A stretch of DNA of 47,262 nucleotides from Nitriliruptorales bacterium (GTDB lineage: Bacteria; Actinomycetota; Nitriliruptoria; Euzebyales; JAHELV01), in NCBI GenBank assembly GCA_024644015.1, contig JAHELV010000008.1, forward strand, positions 25,823-73,084. The letters are read 5' to 3'. The notes under the pieces are model-generated. The model saw nothing but the letters and a program-made list of their open reading frames with translations. It was not told where the DNA came from and ran no database searches. The position numbers and the translations under genes are program-made. Every line of letters begins with the position of its first letter. Within the stretch, counting starts at the first letter, position 1. This document shows positions 11,713 through 27,480 of the stretch, in pieces.

Positions 11713-13332
11713 TCACAGCCGGCGCAACCAGTCGTCCGCGTGGCGGAGGCGGCGCTCCAACTGGTCGACCGTCGCCTCACCGATACGGCGGATGCCGACC
11801 TGGCGATTGAGGTCGAGGTTGATCTTGGAGTACGTCAGTCCCGTCAGCCGGGCGAGGCTGCGGACCCTGGACGTGTTCTGGTCGCGCAGCCTGCGCTTGT
11901 GCGCCTGCCGGCTCTGCGGTCCCGCTGACACGCCGGCCGACTCGCGCCCCGACAGCGGGGGCGGTGGTGCGAGTGTGACCGGAAGTGTTCCGTCGTCGCC
12001 GGGATCGGGCTCGACCGCCACGACGTCGAAGGCCGGCGAGCTCTCGGCGGGTGGCCCCAGCGGTGTGGCCGAGATCGCGGCGAACAGCGACAGTTGGTCA
12101 CGCTGCTGGGAAGCTGCCTGCTCGATCGGCGCCTCGTGCTCGTCGTGATCGTCCTCACGGCGTCGCAGACTGTGACGTCGCTGCTCGGTGATCTGAGCCG
12201 CCCACCGGCGTAGTCGGTGGTCGTCGGGCAGGAACAGGTAGGCCTGCTGCCGCGGCATCCCCCGTCGCCAGCGGACGAACCGTCCGACCGCCTGACGGAA
12301 GAACAACTCGGTCGTCGTGGTCGTGGCGTATACGCCGACCCGCAGCCGCGGGATGTCAACGCCTTCGGACACCATCCGCACGGCCACCAACCACTGACTG
12401 TCGCCGGCGGCGAACGTCGTGATGCGCGCCGACGCGCGCGGATCCTCCGAGGTCGCCACCGCCGCCTCGACACCGTGACGTGCGCGCAGCAGTGCGGCGA
12501 TCCCACGAGCATGCTCCTGGTCGGTGGCGATGACCAGTCCCCCGGCGTCTGGCTGTTGATCCTGTCGGATCTGACACAGCCGTGCGTGCGCCGTATCGAG
12601 CACCGCCGGCAGCCACTCCCCATACAGCGACAACGCCGTCCGGAGGCGCTGGCTCGACGCTGTCGCGTCCAACCGATCGGCAAAGGTCGCCGATCGCACG
12701 AGCCCGTCCGCGCCGGTCCATTCCATGCGCCCATCCGTGCGCGGGAAGAACACCGGGCGCACCACCTTGCCGTCAACGAGCGCCTCGCCATAGCCGTACT
12801 CGAAGTCGGGCGCCGCAACGTCACCCGCGTAGCGCACGTACGGAATCGCGTTCGTGTCGGAACGAAACGGCGTACCCGACATGCAGAGCCGGCGCCCGGC
12901 GTGGGCGAACGCGATCTGCAGCCCGTCACCCCAGGATCGTTCGTCGCCGGCGTGATGGATCTCGTCGAGGATGACGAACGCATTCCGTGCGAGGCGTGAC
13001 ACCGCTGCCGCCGACAGCGCCACCTGCTGATAGGTGATGACAACACCGTGCATGTCGGCTGGAAGAAACCCGGCCGCCGGTGACCACTCGGAGTCCAGGT
13101 GCAGGTCGAAACTCGCCGCGGCCTCGGCCCACTGCGTCTTCAGGTGCGCGGTCGGGGCGACGACGAGCACACGCCGGTGCGGGTCGCTGGCGAGCTCGGA
13201 CAGCGCGGCCGCCAGAGCAAACGTCGTCTTGCCCGCACCCGGGGTCGCGACGGCGAGGAAGTCGGCGCCGCCTTCGACGAACCGGTCCAACGCCCGTGCC
13301 TGCCAGGGGCGGAGCCGAACGGAGCGGGTCAT
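11713..13332 (-). CDS. Superfamily II DEAD/DEAH-box helicase (actinobacterial type)
   Basis: [45 protein letters not shown]; start approximate. Confidence 0.9.
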   Translation of the reverse strand: MTRSVRLRPWQARALDRFVEGGADFLAVATPGAGKTTFALAAALSELASDPHRRVLVVAPTAHLKTQWAEAAASFDLHLDSEWSPAAGFLPADMHGVVITYQQVALSAAAVSRLARNAFVILDEIHHAGDERSWGDGLQIAFAHAGRRLCMSGTPFRSDTNAIPYVRYAGDVAAPDFEYGYGEALVDGKVVRPVFFPRTDGRMEWTGADGLVRSATFADRLDATASSQRLRTALSLYGEWLPAVLDTAHARLCQIRQDQQPDAGGLVIATDQEHARGIAALLRARHGVEAAVATSEDPRASARITTFAAGDSQWLVAVRMVSEGVDIPRLRVGVYATTTTTELFFRQAVGRFVRWRRGMPRQQAYLFLPDDHRLRRWAAQITEQRRHSLRRREDDHDEHEAPIEQAASQQRDQLSLFAAISATPLGPPAESSPAFDVVAVEPDPGDDGTLPVTLAPPPPLSGRESAGVSAGPQSRQAHKRRLRDQNTSRVRSLARLTGLTYSKINLDLNRQVGIRRIGEATVDQLERRLRHADDWLRRL

Positions 13333-13467
13333 CGTGTGGTTGTGCACCTCGCGCGTGGCGGACGGACTCGGCACCCTAGCAGCGGCGCGCGGCGGGCCTC
13401 GTGATCCGACGACGGCCCACCGAAGCGAGTCCGGCGAGGCGTGCCGATCCCTGTCCGACCGTGCGCG

Positions 13468-14466
13468 TCACGAACTGCGAACGAGGATCTCTTCGGCTTC
13501 GGCTGCCCGGCGCAGCGCCGCCAGGAACAGCTCGATGGCCGGAACACGGCGGGGCGTGGCCCGCACGAACGCGGCGATCCGCCGCACACCCAGGCCGGTG
13601 TCGGCGCCCGCCGCGGCCTCGACGTCGTTGTTGTCGAGTAGCAGCGTCCGGTCTGCGGCGTCGGCCCATGCCAGCTGTGGGACGACTGCGGCGCCCAGGC
13701 CTGCCGAGACCAGACTGACAACGCTCGAGAACTCACTGCACTCGTGGTGTATCCGCGGTGCGAACTCCCACGCGGTCGTCAGCCCCGCCATCGCGTCGTG
13801 GCTGGCGGATCCACGGGTCCACGTGACCCACGGGCGGCGCGTGAGCTCGTCGACGATCACCCTCTGCTCGAGCCACTCCAACGCCGGCCAGTCGGCCGGC
13901 ACCGCGATGCGGTACGCGTCCTCGAGAACCAGCGCCGTGCGCAGGCGAGCGCCTGCCGATGTCTCACCGTCGACGCGCGACGCCGGCGCCTCGCTCGATG
14001 GCGAGCCGACGACCGTCATCTCCGCCAGCACGACATCGACCTCACCGGCATGCAGGTCTGCGATCGCCGGCCGGCGATCGCGTTCGACGACGCGCACAGC
14101 GATCTGGTGGCCCACGTCCAGCTGTGCGATGACCGGCACGACGAGACGTTTGATGATCGTCGAGAACCCCGCCACGGTCAGCGTGCTGCCCGAACCGCCG
14201 GTCCACTCGCCGACGTCGGCCTCGGCGGCGAGCAGTTCGTTGGCGATCCGCCGTCCGTGGTCCGCGAGCTGCTCACCGGCCACGGTGAGTCTGGCCTGGC
14301 GTCGGGAACGGTCGACGAGGGCGACGCCGGCTTCGCGCTCCAGGCGCACGAGCTGCTGTGAGACCGCGGAGGGGGTCAGGTGCAGCGCATCGGCTGCAGC
14401 GACCACACCCCCACGGTCAGAAACCGCCGCCAGCACGAGAAGACGCCGGGGATCAAGGGTGATCAT
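13468..14466 (-). CDS. LysR family transcriptional regulator
   Basis: N-terminal HTH AAADALHLTPSAVSQQLVRLEREAG...LTVAGE; C-terminal [12 protein letters not shown]. Confidence 0.93.
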   Translation of the reverse strand: MITLDPRRLLVLAAVSDRGGVVAAADALHLTPSAVSQQLVRLEREAGVALVDRSRRQARLTVAGEQLADHGRRIANELLAAEADVGEWTGGSGSTLTVAGFSTIIKRLVVPVIAQLDVGHQIAVRVVERDRRPAIADLHAGEVDVVLAEMTVVGSPSSEAPASRVDGETSAGARLRTALVLEDAYRIAVPADWPALEWLEQRVIVDELTRRPWVTWTRGSASHDAMAGLTTAWEFAPRIHHECSEFSSVVSLVSAGLGAAVVPQLAWADAADRTLLLDNNDVEAAAGADTGLGVRRIAAFVRATPRRVPAIELFLAALRRAAEAEEILVRSS

Positions 14467-14480
14467 GTAGCGATGCTACA
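14466..14480. promoter_or_regulatory. Putative LysR box
   Basis: TGTAGC-GAT-GCTACA inverted repeat containing T-N11-A, at the LysR start codon in an AT-rich divergent spacer. Confidence 0.55.
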
Positions 14481-14572
14481 ACGAATCGCAACAACATTGC
14501 ACATGTGATCGTTTGCACAAGCGGTCATGCTGGCCGACGCAATCGCCGGACGAAACGGCAACGGAGTCAGCA

Positions 14573-14908
14573 ATGGAAACCGTCATCGAAATCGCCGGGT
14601 GGTGCGCCGCCGGTGTGCTCCTTTGCGCGTATGTGCTGCTGTCACGCGGCAGGTTGTCCGGGCAGGCGTCGTCGTACCAGACACTGAACGTCGTGGGCAG
14701 CCTGCTCATCGGGGTGAATTCACTGGCGCACGAGGCGTGGCCGTCAGTCAGCATCAACGTGGTCTGGCTGGCGATCGGCATCATCACACTGGTCACGGCC
14801 CGACAGCGCACGGCGCAGGAAGAACACGACGGCCAGCTCGACGTCGACGGTCAACCGTCACCCCGCGAAGACGTGTCCGGGCGCCTGCGACCATCCCACG
14901 GCGCCTGA
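14573..14908 (+). CDS. Small membrane protein (CBU_0592-like)
   Basis: GW...LLCAYVL..G.L...S.SYQ.LN.VGS......L...AWPS..IN.VW..IG pattern; GGAG RBS; divergent from LysR. Confidence 0.75.
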   Translation: METVIEIAGWCAAGVLLCAYVLLSRGRLSGQASSYQTLNVVGSLLIGVNSLAHEAWPSVSINVVWLAIGIITLVTARQRTAQEEHDGQLDVDGQPSPREDVSGRLRPSHGA

Positions 14909-14972
14909 CGACGCGTCGCGTGCGGGCAGCGGGCTCTGACGCCGACAGCGCGCGGTCCGCGCCGCTCGCCCG

Positions 14973-15770
14973 CTACGCGGCCGTCGCGGCCAGGTAGCGC
15001 AGGATCTCGACGTCCTGGGCGCGACGCTCGTCGTAGCCGGGCGTCTCGAGCACGGCAGCCGGCGCGCCCGCCGCCGCGATCATCTCGGCGATGCACGCCA
15101 GCCCCATGACGCCGGCGCCGAGGTTGGCGTGACGGTCGCGTCCGGAGCCCGAGGGCGAGGCCGAGTCGTTGACGTGAATCAGGTCCACCGCGCCGGTCGC
15201 AGCGACGAACTGCTCGACCCAGCCGCCCGGATCCTTCTCGGCGGCAGGGTCGGCCGCGAAGGCATGCGCCGTGTCCAGGCACGCACCGACCGACATCGAG
15301 CGATCGCACGACCGCAGCGCGCTGAACAGCGCGGCGATGCTGTCCAGATGACGTCCGAGCGATGCCCGTCCGGACGCGGTGTTCTCGATCAGCAAGGGCA
15401 CATCGCCGCGCAGGCGCCGCAGCAGCCCCGTCCAGCGCTCGATGCCGGCCGCAATGGTGCCGTCCACACCGGCCTGCCCCGCATGCACGACCACGCCGCG
15501 TGCACCGACGGTGGCGGCTGCGTCGATGGTCTGCTGCAGCAGCACCCCTGTCCGCTCACGGACTTGTGGGTCAGCGCTTGCCGGGTTGCACAGATACGGT
15601 GCGTGCACAGCCACCACGCGCCCCGACGCAGCCAGCGCAGCCGCGTCCGGCCGTCGTCGTGGCGCCTGCCAGGTCCGCGGTGAGGACACGTGGATCTGGA
15701 AGAGGTCGAGGCCGAGGCGGTCCGCTGCGGTGAGCGGATCCTTCGACGGCAGGTGCCCACCGATGCGCAT
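14973..15770 (-). CDS. nfo: Endonuclease IV family (AP endonuclease 2)
   Basis: HAPYLCN, VVVHAG, LIENTAS, CLDTAH, IHVNDS, RDRHAN, LETP metal-ligand motifs. Confidence 0.85.
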   Translation of the reverse strand: MRIGGHLPSKDPLTAADRLGLDLFQIHVSSPRTWQAPRRRPDAAALAASGRVVAVHAPYLCNPASADPQVRERTGVLLQQTIDAAATVGARGVVVHAGQAGVDGTIAAGIERWTGLLRRLRGDVPLLIENTASGRASLGRHLDSIAALFSALRSCDRSMSVGACLDTAHAFAADPAAEKDPGGWVEQFVAATGAVDLIHVNDSASPSGSGRDRHANLGAGVMGLACIAEMIAAAGAPAAVLETPGYDERRAQDVEILRYLAATAA

Positions 15771-15824
15771 GCACCAAGGATCGCATGTGGCGTGCGGCCA
15801 TTCGCCCGGCGCCCAAACGTACCC

Positions 15825-16487
15825 TCAGAGCTCGTCGAGGATCTGGGCGCGCTTGCGGGTGAACTCATCATCGGTCACCAGGCCCTTCGCCTTCAACTCG
15901 TCGAGCTGGTGCAGTCGCTCCTCCGCCGACGGCGCAGCGGACGTGGCGGCTGGGGCGTGCCGTTGCATGACGTCGGCGATCGCCTCCGCATCCCGATGGG
16001 AGTCGGCTTCCTCGTCGGCAGCCACCTGCTGGAAGATGATGCTGCGGACCTGCTCGGGATCTGGGATGTTCTCGAAGACCGAGTCCCCGGTCTCGCCCGC
16101 CGACTCGATGGTGACGATGCCGTTGTTGAGCAGCCTGGCGATCAGACTCTGATCGAAGTTGACGTTGTTGATGCGGTTGAGCGGGATCGAGACGCCGCGT
16201 CGACGAAAGACGCCGCTCTGGTAGGCCACCCGTTCGCTGGTGACGGCGAACCTGGTCGTCTGCCATCGAACGAACTCGTAGACGGTGTTGCCGAGCCACA
16301 CGACGAAGGCGGCGAGCGTCAGCCAGCCCAGCGCGGTCGACACCGTGCCGCCAGTCATGCTCCGCAGCACGAAGAGGGCGGCCACGCCGATGCCGGCGGC
16401 CACCTGCTTCCAGAAGTACCACCAGTGCGGATGGGAGTGGAGCACCATCCGTTCACCCGGCATCAAGTCGAGTTGCGGTCCGACCAT
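15825..16487 (-). CDS. bPH_2 membrane protein with C-terminal SHOCT domain
   Basis: Two TM helices, TSERV...G......SIPLNRINNV...QSL..RLL..G...IESAGE; EERLHQLDELKAKGLVTDDEFTRKRAQIL. Confidence 0.85.
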   Translation of the reverse strand: MVGPQLDLMPGERMVLHSHPHWWYFWKQVAAGIGVAALFVLRSMTGGTVSTALGWLTLAAFVVWLGNTVYEFVRWQTTRFAVTSERVAYQSGVFRRRGVSIPLNRINNVNFDQSLIARLLNNGIVTIESAGETGDSVFENIPDPEQVRSIIFQQVAADEEADSHRDAEAIADVMQRHAPAATSAAPSAEERLHQLDELKAKGLVTDDEFTRKRAQILDEL

Positions 16488-16569
16488 GCCAAGATCGTAC
16501 CGCCCGCCTACGCAGCGTTGGCACGGCGAGCCGCGCCGCGCAAGCCGACGCCGCGACGGACGACCCGCC

Positions 16570-17421
16570 TCAGTTCTCGAGCGCCCAACGGACGTTGACC
16601 CGCACCGTCACCTGCTGCGTGCCGGGTTCGATCGGCACCGCGACGTCGGCGGTGGCGGCCTCGGCCCCGAGCGTCTCGACCGGACGAGGGCTCGACACGG
16701 TCACGTCCGTGATGCCGATCAACCCGCCGAGCGACACGCCGGCGAGATCGGCGTACTGCTCCGCGCGGTCCCGGGCGTCAGCGAACGCTGCCCGGCGCGC
16801 GGCCGCGATCTGCTCACCGTCGTCCTCCAGCGCGAAGCTGACGCCCTGGATCTGGATGTCGTCGCCGCCGGCGTCGGCGATCGCGGTGAGGATCGCACCG
16901 ACCCGGTCGATCTCGCGGACCTTCACCTCGACGAGGTTCGACACCGCGTATCCAGTGATCCGCGGAGGCCCGTCGCGGCTCTCGCCGCCGTACTCGGGGA
17001 AGATCGAGAAGTCGCGTGTCTGCCGGTCCTCGGCCGCGATGCCGGTGTCGTCGAGCGTGGACAACACCCGCTCGGTCGCGGCATTCGCCGCGTCGAGCGC
17101 CTCATCCACGGTCTGCCGCACGACGCGGACGCCGACGGTGACCCGCACGACGTCGGGCGCCCCGCTCGCCTGACCCGCCCCGCCGACGGTGATGCCGGAC
17201 GAGACCCCGCTCGTCTCGCCGGCGGTCACGGCAGCGACCTCACCGCTGCTTGCGATCGCATCGTCGGCACCCACCGCCTGCGGTGCCACCTCGACGGCCG
17301 GCTCGGCGGCACTGTCTCCGTCGCCAGTCGCGGCCGCTTCGCCTTCGGTCGCGGCTGAGGAGCAGCTCGCGAGCGCCAGCGCGAGCGCGAGCAGCGTGAT
17401 GATGACAGCGGGCGTTCGCAC
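16570..17421 (-). CDS. SIMPL (DUF541) domain lipoprotein
   Basis: GTG start with GGGAGG RBS, lipobox LASC, ITVGGAGQASGAPD, AAFADARDRAEQYA, PIEPGTQQVTVRV. Confidence 0.88.
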   Translation of the reverse strand: MRTPAVIITLLALALALASCSSAATEGEAAATGDGDSAAEPAVEVAPQAVGADDAIASSGEVAAVTAGETSGVSSGITVGGAGQASGAPDVVRVTVGVRVVRQTVDEALDAANAATERVLSTLDDTGIAAEDRQTRDFSIFPEYGGESRDGPPRITGYAVSNLVEVKVREIDRVGAILTAIADAGGDDIQIQGVSFALEDDGEQIAAARRAAFADARDRAEQYADLAGVSLGGLIGITDVTVSSPRPVETLGAEAATADVAVPIEPGTQQVTVRVNVRWALEN

Positions 17422-17670
17422 GGTCGGCCTCCCGGGGATCGGTGACGGGCGTGATCGTAGGACGATCGCCGGGCCCGGGAGGTTCCCCGGCCCGGGCACT
17501 CGTGGACCCGCCCCGCCGACACGACCACGCGGCGCTCGACCCTCGCCACCACTTCCCTGCCGCGTCACTGGCCGCGGACACAGAACGGCGCCCGCCGCTG
17601 CTGCGCAGATGACTCAGGGTGGCCGAGCCCACCACCTCTCTGCGCGCGCCTACTGACCGCCAGCACGCAG

Positions 17671-17768
17671 GCGGCGCGGCGCATCCGTCGGAGAGCGACT
17701 CGGGGTGTCCGAGCCTCTGGCGAGGCCGGGGTCCCTGCTGGAGCTCGAAGACGGATGCGCCGCGCCGC
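17671..17768 (+). repeat. Element family A, copy 3 (after rpoC)
   Basis: Perfect 19-bp arms 17671-17689 / 17750-17768; core 17690-17749. Confidence 0.9.
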
Positions 17769-17789
17769 GACCGGTTGCGGAGCCGGCGG

Positions 17790-21773
<3,984 letters not shown>

Positions 21774-21851
21774 CTATTGCTCTCTCTTTCTTGATCGACC
21801 GGCCCCGGCGTGCACTCCGGGCTGTCGAATACGGTGCTGGGTGGAACGGGA

Positions 21852-21952
21852 GCGGTGGGCCCTGCGCCTGCGGAGGCGACCTCGGGGTGGTCCGAGCCTC
21901 AGGCGAGGACCGGGGTCCCTGCGCGAGCCGGAGCAGGCGCAGGGTCCACCGC
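21852..21952 (+). repeat. Element family A, copy 4 (after rpoB)
   Basis: 20-bp arms 21852-21871 / 21933-21952; core 21872-21932. Confidence 0.9.
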
Positions 21953-21954
21953 GG

Positions 21955-25566
<3,612 letters not shown>

Positions 25567-25684
25567 GGCGTGCTCCTTGCAAAGAACGTCAATGGACGCC
25601 AGACGAAGACCCGTCTGGCGTTACCGAACCTGGCGCAACCCGCTGCTCCCCGAACAAGGGGTCACTGAAAGAACGCGCGAAAGT

Positions 25685-25715
25685 GCAGTGTAGCTCGGGT
25701 CTACACTGCTGTCAT
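25685..25715 (-). promoter_or_regulatory. Putative sigma-70 promoter of rpoBC overlapped by a 9-bp inverted repeat
   Basis: Minus strand ATGACA-17 nt-TACACT; inverted repeat gcagtgtag-7-ctacactgc. Confidence 0.6.
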
Positions 25716-25884
25716 CTGCTGCAGGTGATGTGGTTATGTCGGCCGACACGCAGCACTCCGCGCAGTGGGCCCGTTTCGTGAGGCTAGCCTGCCATCACCG
25801 GACCCATACGTCAACGACGATCGTCTCGTCCCGTCACGTGCCGCCGCCTCAGGTGCTGCGGCGGACACGTCATGCGTCGGCCGG

Positions 25885-26274
25885 CTACTTGATCTCGACC
25901 GACGCGCCGACACCCTCGAGCGCGTCCTTGGCGGCATCGGCCTGTTCCCGCTCGACACCCTCGAGCACCGGCTTCGGTGCGCTGTCGACCAGCTCTTTGG
26001 CCTCCTTGAGCCCGAGACTGGTCAGCGAACGCACCTCCTTGATGACCTGGATCTTCTTCTCGCCGGCTCCCGTCAGGACGACGTCGAAGCTCGTCTGCTC
26101 CTCGGCGGCGGCTTCCTCGCCGGCGGCGGCGCCAGCGCCGGGCGCCGCTACGGCGACTGGTGCGGCGGCGGTGACGTCGAACTCCTCTTCGAACTGCTTG
26201 ACGAAGTCGGACAGCTCGAGCAGCGTCATCTGCTTGAACGCGTCGAGCAGGTCGGCGGTGGACAGGTTTGCCAT
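25885..26274 (-). CDS. rplL: 50S ribosomal protein L7/L12
   Basis: [23 protein letters not shown]...[21 protein letters not shown]. Confidence 0.98.
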   Translation of the reverse strand: MANLSTADLLDAFKQMTLLELSDFVKQFEEEFDVTAAAPVAVAAPGAGAAAGEEAAAEEQTSFDVVLTGAGEKKIQVIKEVRSLTSLGLKEAKELVDSAPKPVLEGVEREQADAAKDALEGVGASVEIK

Positions 26275-26368
26275 GGTGTGCTCCTAGTCGATCTCACTGT
26301 CGACGCCGAGCCTGGTCGGGCGTCGCAAGTTCAGTGCGGTGTTCGGTATGGCTGGCAGCTCGTGCGGC

Positions 26369-27190
26369 CTAGTCGTCGGCGGACGGGGCGGTGTCCGTTG
26401 CCGTTGCGTCGGCGGCGGGAGTCGATTCGGCGGTCTCAGCGGCTCCGACGTCCACGGCATCGGCCGCGTCGCTGTCGGCGGCCTCCCCGCCCGCTGCGGT
26501 CGCGTCCTGTGCCCCGTCGCTGTCGGCGGCCTCCCCGCCCGCTGCGGTCGCGTCCTGTGCCCCGTCGCTGTCGGCGGCCTCCCCGCCCGCTGCGGTCGCG
26601 TCCTGCGCGCCAGCGCTGTCGGCGGCCTGGCCGTCGGTGGTTGCGTCGGTCTGCGTCGCGGGGGGCTGTGGCTCGGCTTGGCGCTTCTCCTGGAGCGCGG
26701 CGAGCAGCCTGGCGAACTTGGTCAGGTTCGCCTGGGCCAACCGCGCCGGCTTCGCAACGATCGACTGCATCATGCCGGCCAGCCTGGCCAGCAGCTCCTC
26801 ACGCGACTCGAGGTCGGCGAGCTGCGTCGTCTCGGCGGCGTCCAGCATCCGGCCGTCGAGCACGCCGCCCTTGATGACCAGCGCGGGATGCTGGCGTGAG
26901 AACGCCCGCAGCACCTTGGCCGCCGCCACCGGATCGCCGGCGCAGAACGTGACGGCGGTCGGACCGATCAGGTACTCGTCGGGTATGTCCACCCCCGCGT
27001 CCCTGGCCGCCAATCGCGTCAGGGTGTTCTTGACCACGCGGTAGGTAGCGTCGCTCTCGCGTAGCCGCGCCCGTAGCTCGGCGAGGTCGTCGACCGACAG
27101 GCCGCGGTACTCGGTGAGCACCGTGGCTGTCGAGTCAGCCAGGTTCCGTGACATGTCGTCGACTGCGGCGACCTTGTCGGCTCGTGGCAT
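26369..27190 (-). CDS. rplJ: 50S ribosomal protein L10 with long acidic repeat C-terminal extension
   Basis: EYRGLSV...VVKNTLTRLAA...GPTA...IKGGVLDG...LESREELLARLAG, then ~100 aa Ala/Asp-rich tail. Confidence 0.96.
   Translation of the reverse strand: MPRADKVAAVDDMSRNLADSTATVLTEYRGLSVDDLAELRARLRESDATYRVVKNTLTRLAARDAGVDIPDEYLIGPTAVTFCAGDPVAAAKVLRAFSRQHPALVIKGGVLDGRMLDAAETTQLADLESREELLARLAGMMQSIVAKPARLAQANLTKFARLLAALQEKRQAEPQPPATQTDATTDGQAADSAGAQDATAAGGEAADSDGAQDATAAGGEAADSDGAQDATAAGGEAADSDAADAVDVGAAETAESTPAADATATDTAPSADD
26468..26628. repeat. 48-bp coding tandem repeat (~3.3 copies) in rplJ
   Basis: Unit gtcgctgtcggcggcctccccgcccgctgcggtcgcgtcctgtgcccc at 26468, 26516, 26564; encodes GAQDATAAGGEAADSD. 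Confidence 0.93.
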
Positions 27191-27232
27191 GGACGCGCTC
27201 CTCGGGCAGGTGGCCGGCCGGCTCCGCCGGAC

Positions 27233-27261
27233 AAATAGAAAAAGCCTCCGCAGCCGGAGGC
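27233..27261 (-). terminator. Intrinsic terminator/attenuator in rplJ leader
   Basis: Minus strand GCCTCCG-GCTG-CGGAGGC followed by TTTTTCTATTT. Confidence 0.75.
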
Positions 27262-27352
27262 GGGCTCGAGGCGCGGTGGCCTCGGGTCTGCCTGCGCTGG
27301 CCGGCCTGACGGCCTCTTCATCGCGTCACACGAAACCATGCGGTCTGCGGCT
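27262..27352 (-). promoter_or_regulatory. L10 leader (L10(L12)4 autoregulatory RNA)
   Basis: Minus strand CCGCAGACCGCATGG...TGAAG...GCGCAGG upstream of rplJ resembles the L10-binding rRNA mimic; followed by terminator. Confidence 0.65.
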
Positions 27353-27480
27353 GAGGACGAAGTCTAGCGTTGGGTGGTGGCAGCCGCACACGCGGCCGTG
27401 GGCAAGCAGTCCCCCTATGGGGAGCCGGCTGACCACAATTGGCGGGACGGCCCCTTGGGGTGGCGGGCGCTGCCGCGTTG

